Positions 29,437-39,736 are shown, counted from the stretch's first letter. The stretch: 64,000 nt of DNA from Dehalococcoidia bacterium (GCA_963662615.2 CAXXSR010000001.1:672001-736000); one strand, 5' to 3'. Notes: generated by a model from the sequence alone, not told the origin. Made by a program: numbers and translations.

Positions 29437-30390
29437 CTACTCGTGGCGAAACAGCTGCTGAAGCGCAAACCACAAATTCGCCGGGCGTTCGGCCAGCCGG
29501 CGCATGACATACGGGTACCAGCGTCGGCCGTACGGTAGGTAGACGCGGACGGGGTACCCTTCCCGAAGCAACTGCGCCTGCAGCCGTGGCCGCACCCCGT
29601 ACAGCATCTGGACCTCCCACCGACCCGCCGGGGTGCGCTTGCGAAACGCCCGGGTCCGCGTCCCCGCAATGATCCGCAGGTCGTGAGTGCCAACGGCCAG
29701 GAACGCCCCCCCGCGCATCGCCTCCGGCGCCAGCGCCATCCGCACCAGGCGATGGAACGCCGAGGCGATCGCCCCCGCCCCGCTGTAGGCGATCGCGCCG
29801 CTCTCCGCATAGGCGCCCTTGACTATGCGCACATGCGCCACGCCCTCCTCAATCAGCCCCTGCAGGTCCGCCTCGCTGCGGCGCAGCGACGCCTGCAAGG
29901 CCACGCCCATTTCGGGATGGTGCGCCCGGCCCCGGCGGTACAGCGCCAACGTCGCGTCCACACTCGCGGCGCGCTCCATATCCAGTTCCAGCCCGGTTCC
30001 AATCTCTGCCGACGCCTCGGCCACCCGCTGCAGCGCCCCCGCCGCGACCTCCTGCCCCACCGCCAGACCGAGCAGCGACGGCTTCACGGCGATCGTTGTC
30101 TCCGCGGCGATCCCGGCCTGCGCCACCGCCTCCAGCAGCGCGTGGTACTCGCCCACGGCCGCTGCTGCCTCGGCCTCGCTCGTCACGCCCTCCCCCAGCA
30201 GCGAGAACGAAACCGTAAATCCTCGCGCGATCAACGGCTGTGCGGCCGCCACGGCCTCGTCGTGCCTGCGCCCGGCCACGAAGCGGGACACCAAGCGCTT
30301 ACTCGGCGGCCACCGCTCCAGCCGGTCGCCCAGCGCCTCCCGGTGCGACAGCCACAGCAGCAGGGATCGCAGCGGTTGCACGGCCGCCAC
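29437..30390 (-). CDS. Monofunctional proline dehydrogenase
   Basis: RFVAG, LDME, RIVKGAY, VGTHD, QMLYGVR, YLPYG..WYPY.MRRLAERPAN; start approximate. Confidence 0.9.
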   Translation of the reverse strand: MAAVQPLRSLLLWLSHREALGDRLERWPPSKRLVSRFVAGRRHDEAVAAAQPLIARGFTVSFSLLGEGVTSEAEAAAAVGEYHALLEAVAQAGIAAETTIAVKPSLLGLAVGQEVAAGALQRVAEASAEIGTGLELDMERAASVDATLALYRRGRAHHPEMGVALQASLRRSEADLQGLIEEGVAHVRIVKGAYAESGAIAYSGAGAIASAFHRLVRMALAPEAMRGGAFLAVGTHDLRIIAGTRTRAFRKRTPAGRWEVQMLYGVRPRLQAQLLREGYPVRVYLPYGRRWYPYVMRRLAERPANLWFALQQLFRHE

Positions 30391-30482
30391 TCCTTCGCCG
30401 CCCTCCGGCGGCGCCCCCACGACAAACGCCGGGCCTTGCGCCCGGCGCACTCACCGTCCGCCGCAGTCCACGCCGGAGGCGC

Positions 30483-30599
30483 TTACCCCTGGCGCTGCTT
30501 ATTGCGGGGATTCTTCTTGTTGATGATGTAAACGCGGCCCTTGCGACGGACGATCTGATCGTCGCGGGATCGCTTCTTGACGGACGTCCGAACCTTCAT
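30483..30599 (-). CDS. rpmJ: 50S ribosomal protein L36, zinc-free type
   Basis: Manual translation [38 protein letters not shown]; below the ORF-track length cutoff. Confidence 0.95.
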   Translation of the reverse strand: MKVRTSVKKRSRDDQIVRRKGRVYIINKKNPRNKQRQG

Positions 30600-30697
30600 C
30601 GCACCCGCTCCATCTCTGGCCTTTCACGCTAGCACACCGAGATGGCTGGCGCCCTTCGCGACGACCGTTCGCGACGACCGTTCGCTACGATGAGTGC

Positions 30698-31903
30698 GTG
30701 GATCGTTCCGCTTCGCTCCTGACCACAGCCGCCGCCCTTGACGCTCTCGTTGACGCCATCCGCGACGCCGGCCGCTTCGCCATCGATACGGAGTTCGTCG
30801 GCGAGCGCACCTACCGTCCCCAACTCGCGCTGGTGCAAATCGCCCTCCCCGACCGCGTCGCCCTCATCGATGCCCAGGCGCTGCCCGATCTGACGCTGCT
30901 CTGGCGGCAGCTCGCCGATCCCGCCGTTGAGACCGTGGTCCACGCCGGCGAACAGGAGGCCCGCTTTTGCTGGGACATCGTGGGCGCTGTCCCCGACCGC
31001 CTCTTCGACGTCCAACTGGCCGCGGGGTTCGTGGGCCCTCGCTATCCGCTCTCCCTGGCCGCGCTGGTGCAGGAGCAACTTCACGCCCGGCTTCGCCAGG
31101 GGCAGACCCGCACCGACTGGACGCGCCGGCCGCTGAGCGCAGCGCAGTTGGACTACGCCGTTGAAGACGTCCGCTATCTCCTGACGCTGCGCCAACGCCT
31201 CGGCGATCGCCTGGAGGCGCTGGACCGCCCTGCCTGGCTGGAGGAGGAGAGCCGCCACCGCCTGCAGGCGCTGGAAGATGACCTCTTGCATCCTCGCTGG
31301 TGGCGCGTCTCCGGGGCGGAGCGACTCGGCCGCCGCGAGCTGGCCGCCCTGCGCGAACTCTACCTCTGGCGCGAGGCCGTGGCCGAAGAGCGGGACCTCC
31401 CCCGCAAGCGCATCCTCCCCGACCACCTCATCATGTCGGCGGTCCAGGCCCTCCCCAGCGATGAAGAGGAGCTACGTCGCCTGCGTGGCTTCGAGCGCTA
31501 CGGCCGGCGGGACATCGCCGCGCTGCTGCGCTGCCTGCGGACGGCACAGGGCCTGCCGCAAGATGAGCTGCCCCCGCGCCGAAGCCGCGGCGGTCGCACC
31601 GCGACCTCCGCGGCCACTCTCACGCCGTTCCTGCAGACGGTCATGGAGACCGCGGCCAATGAGCGGCAGGTGGCGCCCGCCCTCGTCGGCGGCGCCGCCG
31701 ACCTCCGTGAACTCGTGCACTGGCGCCTCCACGGTGGCGCCACCGACTCCCTGCCCGTGCTGTTGCAGGGCTGGCGCGGCGCCGTCTGCGGCGACCTCCT
31801 CCAGGCCGCGCTGGCGGGCCGGCTCAGCGTCCGCATCAAGGACCCGGCCTCGGCGCAGCCCCTCGCGGTGGAGACCGTAGCGGTGGAGCCTGTGGCCAAA
31901 TGA
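30698..31903 (+). CDS. rnd: Ribonuclease D (3'-5' exonuclease + HRDC)
   Basis: AIDTEFVGERTY.P.LALVQ, LFDVQLAA, DWTRRPLS..QLDYA.EDV, HRDC. Confidence 0.9.
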   Translation: MDRSASLLTTAAALDALVDAIRDAGRFAIDTEFVGERTYRPQLALVQIALPDRVALIDAQALPDLTLLWRQLADPAVETVVHAGEQEARFCWDIVGAVPDRLFDVQLAAGFVGPRYPLSLAALVQEQLHARLRQGQTRTDWTRRPLSAAQLDYAVEDVRYLLTLRQRLGDRLEALDRPAWLEEESRHRLQALEDDLLHPRWWRVSGAERLGRRELAALRELYLWREAVAEERDLPRKRILPDHLIMSAVQALPSDEEELRRLRGFERYGRRDIAALLRCLRTAQGLPQDELPPRRSRGGRTATSAATLTPFLQTVMETAANERQVAPALVGGAADLRELVHWRLHGGATDSLPVLLQGWRGAVCGDLLQAALAGRLSVRIKDPASAQPLAVETVAVEPVAK

Positions 31904-31911
31904 AGGCGAGC

Positions 31912-34674
31912 CTAATCGCCGTGGGAGCGATCGTCCTCGCCGCTCGCCCCCTCAGCTGATCCGTCCAGCCCCGCTCCGTCCAGTGCCCTGTCCAGTGCCC
32001 TGTCCAGTGCCACAGTCACGACCCGCAGGAGCGTGTCGCGGTCGAACGGCTTCGGCAGAAAGGCCCAGTCGCCGTCCGGCTCCAGGCCGTCCAGCGCCTC
32101 GGCGGCGAAGCCGCTCATCACAACCACCTTCAGCGATGGCGCCAGCGCCCGCAACGCGGCCAACGTTTCCCGCCCCGACAGCCCCGGCATCGACGCATCC
32201 AGCAGCACGAGATCCGGCGGCTTCGCCGCCCCGCGCACCACGCCGATCGCCTCTCGACCGTGCCGCGCCACCAGCACCTGGTGCCCTGCCCCCTCTAACA
32301 CCGTCCGGCAGGCCTCCACCAGCTCCGTGCGATCGTCAACCACCAGCACCGTTGCGCTGACCGTCGCGCCAGTCGTCGCGGCTGCCGGGACGGACGACGT
32401 TCCCTGCTCGCCCTCTTTCCCGTCCTGCTCTTGGGCTCCGCCTCGCTCCAGCGGCGGCACGGCCGGGATCCAGATCTGGATCGTCGTCCCGCGCCCGGGC
32501 TCCGTCTGCAGGGTGATGGAGCCTTCGTGCTCCCGCACGATGCCGTAGACCATGGCCAGGCCCAGTCCCGTGCCGGCCTCGCCTTTCGTGGAGAAGTACG
32601 GTTCGAAGGCGCGCGCCGCCGTCTCCTCATCCATGCCGGCGCCGTTGTCCGACACTTCCAAGAGGGCGTAGCCGTGCTCGCGGGTGGGCATGTCGAACGG
32701 CGCCCACGCCGGATCGAGCCGGCGCGCCTTGATCCGCAGCGTGCCGCCGTCCGCCATCGCCTTGCTCCCGTTGAGAGCCAGATTCATGAGCACGTGTTGC
32801 AATTGTGTGGGCGCACCCAGAACGCCAATGTCCTCCGGCACCTCCGCCACCAACCGGATCCTGGAGCCCACCGTGCGACGCAGCAGATCCAGCAGCGCCT
32901 CCACGAGCGGTCGCAGCAGCATCGCTTCGCGCGCGCTCTCGCTCGCCTGCCCAATCGCCCGCAGCTGCCGCGACAGCTCCGCCGCGCTGGCCGCGGCCGC
33001 GTCCGCCGATTGCAGCAGCGGCGCCACCGCCCCCGCGCTCTCTCGCCTTGCTTCGCTCAGGTTCGCCCGGATCACGGTGAGCAGATTGTTGAAGTCGTGC
33101 GCAATGCCGGCCGCCAGACCGCCCACGGAGTCCATCCGCTGCGCTTGGCGCATCCGCGTTTCCATGGCGCGTTGGTCGGTCACGTCCAGCACTTCGGCCA
33201 GGATCTCGCTTGACGCCGCCAGCCAGTTGAGCGTGATCTCCAGGCAGCGCTCTCCCCTCGCTGCCACCTCGCGCTTGATCTCCACTACGGCCCTTCGCCG
33301 CTGCGGCACGGAGGCCAGCGCCTGGGTCAACCGCGCGCGCTCGGGCTCCGGCGCCAGCTCCACGATCGACGCAGGCGTCGGCGCTCGCTCCAGGCCCAGG
33401 AGGCGCGCGAATTCCTCATTGTGAAACCCAATCCGCCCCGCTCGGTCGGTCACTGCGATCCCGCGCGATGGCGTTTCCACCACGGTCCGGTAGCGCTCTT
33501 CGCTCGCGCGAATCCGTTCCTGCGCCGCCAACCACTCGGACATGTCCCGGCCGATGGCTTGCGTCGTTCCGTCCCCCAGATCCACGGCGTTCAGCTCAAT
33601 GGGCACCTCGCTGCCGTCGGGCCGCACCACGCGCGTGAGCTGTGTAGCGCTGCCGGCGCGACGGACTTCCTCCAGCAGCGTCGATGCGTTCGCCCGCTCC
33701 TCAGCAGGGACAAAGGCGCTGAGGTGCTGGTCCAAGATCGCCTCGCGCGACCGCGCCAGCATGGCGCAGGCCGCGTCGTTCACGTAGAGGCAGCGATCGT
33801 CGCTGTCAAACAGCCACATCCCGTCGCGCGCGCGCTCCAGCAACCGCCGGTAGCGCTCTTCCGTGGCGCGCAACGCCCCTTCCAAGTGCACCCGGTCCGT
33901 CACGTCCAGCGCGTGCACCCGCACCGGCCCCGCCACCGACGCGGCCACTGCCCGCGACGCCACTGCCCGCGACGCCACTGCCCGCGATGCCGTGTAGCTC
34001 CAGGTCCGCTGTTCCCGCTCGCCGGCCCTGATCCGCAGCCGTCCCCGCGCCGATCCCTCTCGCCGGCAGCGCTCCAGATACCGGCGCAGCGCCGCCGCGT
34101 CTTCTCTCGCCACGAACTCGGCCAAATTCCGGCCCCGCAGCGCCTCGGCGGACTGCCCCAACGATCGCGCCGTTGGCGCGTTCACCCACAGCAGCGTCCC
34201 GTCCGGCTCGTGCTCGAATACCAGCTCTAGGCTCTGCCGGTCCGGATCGTGATCCGGCTCACCGGCAAATGGAGCCGTCGCATCGGCGAGGGGTGAGCGA
34301 GATCGATCCGGAGGCGCGCTCGCCGGCGGGACCGGCCCCAACGTCACGAGCAGATGCTCGCCGTCGACATCGCTGGCCTGGACGCGCACGTCGGCGACGC
34401 CGGCGGGGCCGTCCCGCAGCGCGACTACCGCCTCGGCGCGGCCGGCCGCCGCGGCCTGCGCGATCACGTCTTCAAGAGCGGCGCGGTCCCGCGCCTCCTG
34501 CGTAAGCGCTGACACGATCGCGTGGCCCTGGAGCGCCTTCGCACCCGAGCCCGCCGCCGGGATCCCCAAGAGTCTCAGGAACGCCGCGTTCGCGCGGCGC
34601 AGTTGCCCCCGCCTGTCAAGCAAGCAGGCTGGGTCGGCAAGCGCGTCGATCACTCCCCACTGGGCGCCTGGCAT
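31912..34674 (-). CDS. Multi-PAS hybrid sensor histidine kinase/response regulator
   Basis: Several PAS repeats, GIAHDFNNLL H-box, DNGAGM, GTGLGL, C-terminal receiver. Confidence 0.92.
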   Translation of the reverse strand: MPGAQWGVIDALADPACLLDRRGQLRRANAAFLRLLGIPAAGSGAKALQGHAIVSALTQEARDRAALEDVIAQAAAAGRAEAVVALRDGPAGVADVRVQASDVDGEHLLVTLGPVPPASAPPDRSRSPLADATAPFAGEPDHDPDRQSLELVFEHEPDGTLLWVNAPTARSLGQSAEALRGRNLAEFVAREDAAALRRYLERCRREGSARGRLRIRAGEREQRTWSYTASRAVASRAVASRAVAASVAGPVRVHALDVTDRVHLEGALRATEERYRRLLERARDGMWLFDSDDRCLYVNDAACAMLARSREAILDQHLSAFVPAEERANASTLLEEVRRAGSATQLTRVVRPDGSEVPIELNAVDLGDGTTQAIGRDMSEWLAAQERIRASEERYRTVVETPSRGIAVTDRAGRIGFHNEEFARLLGLERAPTPASIVELAPEPERARLTQALASVPQRRRAVVEIKREVAARGERCLEITLNWLAASSEILAEVLDVTDQRAMETRMRQAQRMDSVGGLAAGIAHDFNNLLTVIRANLSEARRESAGAVAPLLQSADAAAASAAELSRQLRAIGQASESAREAMLLRPLVEALLDLLRRTVGSRIRLVAEVPEDIGVLGAPTQLQHVLMNLALNGSKAMADGGTLRIKARRLDPAWAPFDMPTREHGYALLEVSDNGAGMDEETAARAFEPYFSTKGEAGTGLGLAMVYGIVREHEGSITLQTEPGRGTTIQIWIPAVPPLERGGAQEQDGKEGEQGTSSVPAAATTGATVSATVLVVDDRTELVEACRTVLEGAGHQVLVARHGREAIGVVRGAAKPPDLVLLDASMPGLSGRETLAALRALAPSLKVVVMSGFAAEALDGLEPDGDWAFLPKPFDRDTLLRVVTVALDRALDRALDGAGLDGSAEGASGEDDRSHGD

Positions 34675-34800
34675 GGCCTTCCACTGCCCCTCGCCCACCA
34701 CCACATAACCGCACGCAGCCCTCACTATGACCGATTCGCCCAGCATGATCGACTGCGGTGTTACCGCAGTGTTCCTTTCGGCCAGGGCCGGCGCGCAGGG

Positions 34801-35535
34801 TCAGCGCGGCGCACCCACGAAGCGCAGCCTGTCCACGTACGCGATCCAACCGTCGCGGTCCACCGCCAAGTAGGTGGCCTCATAGCTCCGGCCGGGTTCA
34901 ATCGCGAGCTGAGGTGAAGGGCGGTGGTAGTAGAACGGGACCCGCGCCACGTTGGGAAACGTCCAGTAGCGTCCATGGGAATACACGCCGCTGACCAGTT
35001 CGTCCCGCTCCACGTCCGACACCAGCAGCAGCGACACGGCCCCGCGCCCTCCCACCGGCGGCCAGGAGAACGACGGCGGATTGACGCGGTTTGCCGCCAG
35101 GATCTCCGCCTGCCGCACCGTGGGACGGGAGCCGATCTTCGCCCGCACAATGTTGGAGTCGTAGACCCGAGCGCCCGCCCTCGCGCGCACGAAGTAGCGC
35201 CGGTCGTCGGAGCGATTCGTGGTGACGAACTTGTGCAGCCCCATGCCCGCGACGGGCGTCGCCTCCACTGCATCGACCCGCCGAAACGCAGTCCGTCTCG
35301 CCCAACGCCGGCTGCTTGCCGGCTCGCACTCGTACAGCTCGTAGCGCTCCACGTCCCGGCCGCTGCGCGCCAGGAGCGTGACCGGGTGGTCGCGACTGCC
35401 CAGAAACTCCACCTCGCCACCGAAGGCGCAGGCGAGGACCTTCTGATCGACATAACGAAGCTGGAGGCGTCGCAACCAGCGGTTGCAGTACGCCGGCCAC
35501 AGAGCGAGGCGCTGCAGCTCGGGAGGGACGCACAT
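34801..35535 (-). CDS. Hypothetical protein
   Basis: 244-aa ORF rich in aromatic residues, GGAGGG RBS, co-directional with neighbours. Confidence 0.55.
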   Translation of the reverse strand: MCVPPELQRLALWPAYCNRWLRRLQLRYVDQKVLACAFGGEVEFLGSRDHPVTLLARSGRDVERYELYECEPASSRRWARRTAFRRVDAVEATPVAGMGLHKFVTTNRSDDRRYFVRARAGARVYDSNIVRAKIGSRPTVRQAEILAANRVNPPSFSWPPVGGRGAVSLLLVSDVERDELVSGVYSHGRYWTFPNVARVPFYYHRPSPQLAIEPGRSYEATYLAVDRDGWIAYVDRLRFVGAPR

Positions 35536-35556
35536 CTCTCTCCCCTCCCGCCCGAC

Positions 35557-36135
35557 TCAGAGCTGTCCGCTCAGCTCCCTCCGCGTTCGCATGCGAAACG
35601 GAGTCACCGCTCCCGACTCCAGGTCGAACTCGTACCGCCACTGCCTCAGAATGTCCACGCCGTAGAGGTGGATCGCCAGGGTCTCGTCCGCCGGGATCTC
35701 CACGGCGTGAATGTCGGCCGGCGGCGCTGGGAGCAACGTCGTTTCGCCCGCGCCCACGATCGTCGGTTCCAGCTCTTCCAAGGTCGCGCGCCACGGCTCC
35801 GATCCCGCGTCCGTGCGTTGATAGTTCCGGTTCCGTTCCAGCCCGCGGATGACGCCCTCCATGGCCCAACTGTTGTGATTGTGGATCGGCGCCCCACTCG
35901 CCGGCTCCCACACGACCGCCAGGATGCTGAAGTCCGACTGTCGGTGGATTACGAAGCCGCGCTCCGGATCGGCGCTGCCGTCCGGCTCTAGGTCCGACAG
36001 GCAGTCGGCCCGCGCGATGATCCGCTCCAGCGGCTTCGCCAGCGCCGCGACCGTCTGTGTTGGCTCCGACCGTTGCCCCACGATCTCGCGACACTCCGCC
36101 ACGAAATCGGTCAGCGTGTAGCGCTTCGACGTCAC
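35557..36135 (-). CDS. Cysteine dioxygenase-like cupin
   Basis: VVWEP..APIHNHNSW, G.ERN..Y, DIHAV, AIHLYG; start approximate. Confidence 0.85.
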   Translation of the reverse strand: MTSKRYTLTDFVAECREIVGQRSEPTQTVAALAKPLERIIARADCLSDLEPDGSADPERGFVIHRQSDFSILAVVWEPASGAPIHNHNSWAMEGVIRGLERNRNYQRTDAGSEPWRATLEELEPTIVGAGETTLLPAPPADIHAVEIPADETLAIHLYGVDILRQWRYEFDLESGAVTPFRMRTRRELSGQL

Positions 36136-36178
36136 GGCGCTGGCCTGCGGCACGTCCAAGTTGCGATGGCGCGCTCGC

Positions 36179-36454
36179 TCACGACCCACTCTGCCGTTCG
36201 GCGGTGCTCTCGTCGGAGCCCTCGTCCTGCAGCACGGCGATGCGCCGGAGGATACGCGTCCAGCGGGCCCGATCCACCGGCTGCTGTTGCGGCGTCGTTG
36301 CAACCAGCCGTTCCGCGGTGTCTCCGAGCTGAAGCAGCTCTGCCCGATCGGGGTGATCGGCGGGGATCGCGTCGCGCCACTCGGACCCCGCCAGCAGCAT
36401 ATCGATCACCCGGTCCAAGATCTCTGCGGGCGCTTCGTGACGGCGCTTGGTCAT
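36179..36454 (-). CDS. Small protein, possible soluble anti-sigma-like domain
   Basis: Downstream of ECF sigma; LD..L..G...HP..AELL.L..TA..L pattern. Confidence 0.5.
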   Translation of the reverse strand: MTKRRHEAPAEILDRVIDMLLAGSEWRDAIPADHPDRAELLQLGDTAERLVATTPQQQPVDRARWTRILRRIAVLQDEGSDESTAERQSGS

Positions 36455-36606
36455 GGCCGCATCATCTCATCACTGCCCCGCCCTCGCGCCCCGACGGCGG
36501 CTCCGCCGTGCGCCCTCAGCCTACCAGAGTGCGGTCGCTGGTCGCTCGCCGTCGCTTCGGGTCACCGCTGCGGGAACGTGACGGAGGGCCGACGCCGCAG
36601 TCCTGC

Positions 36607-37134
36607 TCAGGCCGTCGCTTCAGGCGACGATGACGCCCGCGGCTCCAGGATCTCTCGCAGACGTCGCAGCGCTCGCAGTTGCGCCGACCGCACCTCGGGA
36701 ATCGTTCGCGCCAACGCCCGCGCGGTCTCGTCGCTGGACCACCCCTCAATGAGGTGTAGGAAGATCACTTGCTGTTCCAGTCCGGGCAGCCGGCGGATCG
36801 CGTCGATCAGCCCGTGGTCGCGGACCGTCTGCACGCTTGCAGCGGCCGGCGTCCCCACCGCGACGAGCGGCCGCTCCCTGGCCGCAGCCGGCCGCGCGCA
36901 GCGCTGCACAGCGGCCAGCAGCAACGGCAGCGCCGACGCGGAATCGGCGGGACGCAATCCGGAGCCTTGCAGCTCGCAGTAGGCCTCCGCCACGATCTCG
37001 TCCGCTTTCCCCACGTCCGCAACGACGAACGCGGCGAAACGGGACACCGTGGGAGCGGTCTCCACGTGCACGTCGGCGAACTCCTGGCGCGCGCGGAAAC
37101 GCGCGCGCTGCGGGTCGGGATCTCTCTGCGCCAT
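36607..37134 (-). CDS. Divergent ECF sigma factor-like protein
   Basis: Region 4 AIRRLP..EQQVIFL..IEGWS..ETA..L......VRSAQLRALRRL; region 2 degenerate. Confidence 0.7.
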   Translation of the reverse strand: MAQRDPDPQRARFRARQEFADVHVETAPTVSRFAAFVVADVGKADEIVAEAYCELQGSGLRPADSASALPLLLAAVQRCARPAAARERPLVAVGTPAAASVQTVRDHGLIDAIRRLPGLEQQVIFLHLIEGWSSDETARALARTIPEVRSAQLRALRRLREILEPRASSSPEATA

Positions 37135-37429
37135 GCTCCGTTTCTCCCGCCGCGCCCTGCGGGCGTGGCGCTAAAGCGCCGCTACCATGGGGCTCAACCG
37201 GGTCCATGTCAACACAGCAAGTGATTATGCAGGGCTCATCCGCCGCCGCGGATCTTCGGCCTATTCGCGCCCCGGCAGTGTTCCTGATCGCGCTCTCGCT
37301 CTGGCTGCCCAGCACGCCCCCTGAGCCGCTTGGCTCGAACGGCTGTTCCCCTTCGCTCTGATGCTTTTCCCTCGCTGACCGATGATCTCTGTAGCCGTGA
37401 GGCGCGGAAGGCTGCAGGCGAGCCGAGCC

Positions 37430-37984
37430 ATGATGCGCGCAGATGATGTCGCTGTCGAACCGTCCCACCGGCCCGGCGATGCGCCGGAGCCCTTGGCCGA
37501 TCTGTACGCCCGCCACCACGGCGATCTCGTGGCCTTCGCCAAGCGTCGCATCACCCGGCCGGAGGACGCCGAAGACGTCATCGGCAAGGCCTTCTACAAG
37601 GCCTTGCGCTCGTCTCGCGGGCCCGGGAGCGCCCGCCCCTCCTACCCCTGGCTCCTTCGCATCGCCCGCAACTTGATCACCGACTTCTACCGCACGCAAA
37701 AGCGAGACCAACCGCTCGATGGCGTTGAGCCCGTGATCGACTCGACCGAGAGCGAGGTTTTCGCCGGCCTCGTCGGCCATCGCCTGCAGAGGGCGTTCGC
37801 GTGCCTCACCCCGCAACAACGCGCGGTCACCCGCTGGCGCATCCTGGAGGGCCGCAGCTACGCCGAGGTCGCGACGCTGCTGGACACCAGCGAAGGCGCC
37901 GTCCGGGCCACCCAGATGCGCGCCCTCCGCGCCCTTCGTCGCAGCCTCGCCACTGACGACGCCGACGAGGCGGCGAGCGCCTAG
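37430..37984 (+). CDS. ECF RNA polymerase sigma factor
   Basis: DAEDV...F.KA, WLLRIARNL..D..R, LTPQQR..EGRSYAEVA..L..SEGAVR. Confidence 0.88.
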   Translation: MMRADDVAVEPSHRPGDAPEPLADLYARHHGDLVAFAKRRITRPEDAEDVIGKAFYKALRSSRGPGSARPSYPWLLRIARNLITDFYRTQKRDQPLDGVEPVIDSTESEVFAGLVGHRLQRAFACLTPQQRAVTRWRILEGRSYAEVATLLDTSEGAVRATQMRALRALRRSLATDDADEAASA

Positions 37985-38067
37985 GCGACCTTCGCCCTAC
38001 CATCTGGAGGCGCGCCGGCGTGCTAACCTGCCCGCCAAAAGCGCTGGCGTCAGTCGCGACGGCAATC

Positions 38068-39423
38068 ATGAACCTCCACCGCCTCCTCCAGGAACGGGCC
38101 GCGGCCGGCGATCCAGTCCGCGTGGGCCTGATCGGCGCCGGCAAGTTCGGCGCCATGTACCTGGCGCAGGCGCGCCTGACGGACGGCATCCATCTCCTGG
38201 CCGTCGCCGACCTGGAGCCCCAGCGCGCCCGCGACGCGCTGACCGACGTGGGCTGGGACCCCGCCCGCATCCGCGCGCGCGACTTCGCGGACGCACTGGC
38301 CACCGGCGAGACCCACCTCACCGACGACGCCCTTGCGCTGATCGCGGCCCCCGGCCTGGAGGTGGTGATCGACGCCACCGGCAGCCCCGTCGCCGGTATC
38401 CGCCACGCCCTCGCCTGCTGTCGGGAGGGCAAACACATTGTCATGGTCAGCGTGGAAGCGGACGTCCTTGCCGGACCGCTGCTGGCGCGCCGAGCCCAGG
38501 AAGCCGGCGTCGTCTACAGCCTCGCCTACGGCGACCAGCCTGCGCTCATCTGCGAGCAGGTGGACTGGGCTCGCGCCAGCGGCTTGCCGGTGATCGCCGC
38601 CGGCAAGGGCACGAAGTACCTCCCCGCCTACCACGCCTCCACGCCCGAGACCGTCTGGGAGCACTACGGCCTCACCCCCCAGGAAGCCGCCGACGGCGGC
38701 ATGAACCCACAGATGTTCAACTCCTTCCTTGACGGCACCAAGTCGGCTATTGAGATGGCCGCCGTGGCCAACGCCACCGGCCTCACCCCCGCGCCCGACG
38801 GCCTCGCCTTCCCGCCCTGCGGCGCCGACGATCTCGCCACCGTCCTCCGTCCGCGCGACGCCGGCGGCTCGCTCCACCACGAGGGCCAGGTCGAAGTGGT
38901 CTCCAGCCTCCAGCGCGACGGCCGTCCCGTCTCCCGTGACCTGCGCTGGGGCGTCTACGTCGTCTTCGCGGCGCCCACTGACTATGCGGCGCGCTGCTTC
39001 GGCGAGTACGGTCTCGTCACCGACGCCAGCGGCCGCTTCAGCGCGCTCTACCGGCCCTCCCACCTCATTGGGCTCGAACTCGGCATCTCCGTCGCCAGCG
39101 TCGCCCTGCGCCGCGAGCCCACCGGCGCCCCCACCGGCTTCCGCGCCGACGTCGCCGCCGTCGCCAAGCGCGATCTCGCCGCCGGCGAGCTGCTCGACGG
39201 TGAAGGCGGCTACACGGTCTGGGGCCGGCTCATGCCCGCCGCCGACAGCCTCGCCGTTGCCGCCCTCCCCATCGGCCTTGCCCACGGCGTCCGGCTCGAG
39301 CGGCCGGTCAGCGCCGGCGACGTCATCCCCACCGCCGCCGTCGCCCTCGACGAGGCCGACGAGACCGTGCGCTTTCGTCGCGAGATGGAGCGCGCCTTCG
39401 CGCCGGTGCGGGTGCCGGGCTGA
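38068..39423 (+). CDS. NAD(P)-dependent oxidoreductase with C-terminal SAF domain
   Basis: GLIGAGKFG, DATG, AYGDQP, FNSFLDGTK, AKRDL.AGE.LDGEGG. Confidence 0.88.
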   Translation: MNLHRLLQERAAAGDPVRVGLIGAGKFGAMYLAQARLTDGIHLLAVADLEPQRARDALTDVGWDPARIRARDFADALATGETHLTDDALALIAAPGLEVVIDATGSPVAGIRHALACCREGKHIVMVSVEADVLAGPLLARRAQEAGVVYSLAYGDQPALICEQVDWARASGLPVIAAGKGTKYLPAYHASTPETVWEHYGLTPQEAADGGMNPQMFNSFLDGTKSAIEMAAVANATGLTPAPDGLAFPPCGADDLATVLRPRDAGGSLHHEGQVEVVSSLQRDGRPVSRDLRWGVYVVFAAPTDYAARCFGEYGLVTDASGRFSALYRPSHLIGLELGISVASVALRREPTGAPTGFRADVAAVAKRDLAAGELLDGEGGYTVWGRLMPAADSLAVAALPIGLAHGVRLERPVSAGDVIPTAAVALDEADETVRFRREMERAFAPVRVPG

Positions 39424-39483
39424 GCCGCTTCATCCGCGCCTGAACGAAGTCGCTCCCGAATGGGGCGCTGCCTAGATACGACA

Positions 39484-39506
39484 AGGCCGGGTCAATGACC
39501 CGGCCT
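39484..39506. terminator. Hairpin between convergent genes
   Basis: aggccgggtca-a-tgacccggcct perfect inverted repeat. Confidence 0.5.
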
Positions 39507-39736
39507 CATCAACGAGTAGAGAAGAGCCGAACTCCGAACCTCGCCGCTGCCCGTCGCTTGGCTCTCGCGACGGGATGGCGTTCTGGGTCCGGGTCCTTTC
39601 TGCGTTAGTCTCCCTGCCCGCCCCCCTGCGCGTGGTCGGGCCGTCCGGGCTCGCGCGCATCGAAAGCGGTCTGCAGTGGCCACGGCACGCCGTTGCCGTT
39701 GCCATGATCTGCGAGGGAGCTTGCGTTCGGGCCGCT

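Noticed and set aside
31980-33990. Short 12- and 15-bp tandem repeats in the hybrid kinase (LDRA, ASRAV)
   Set aside because: Ordinary in-frame slippage duplications in linkers.
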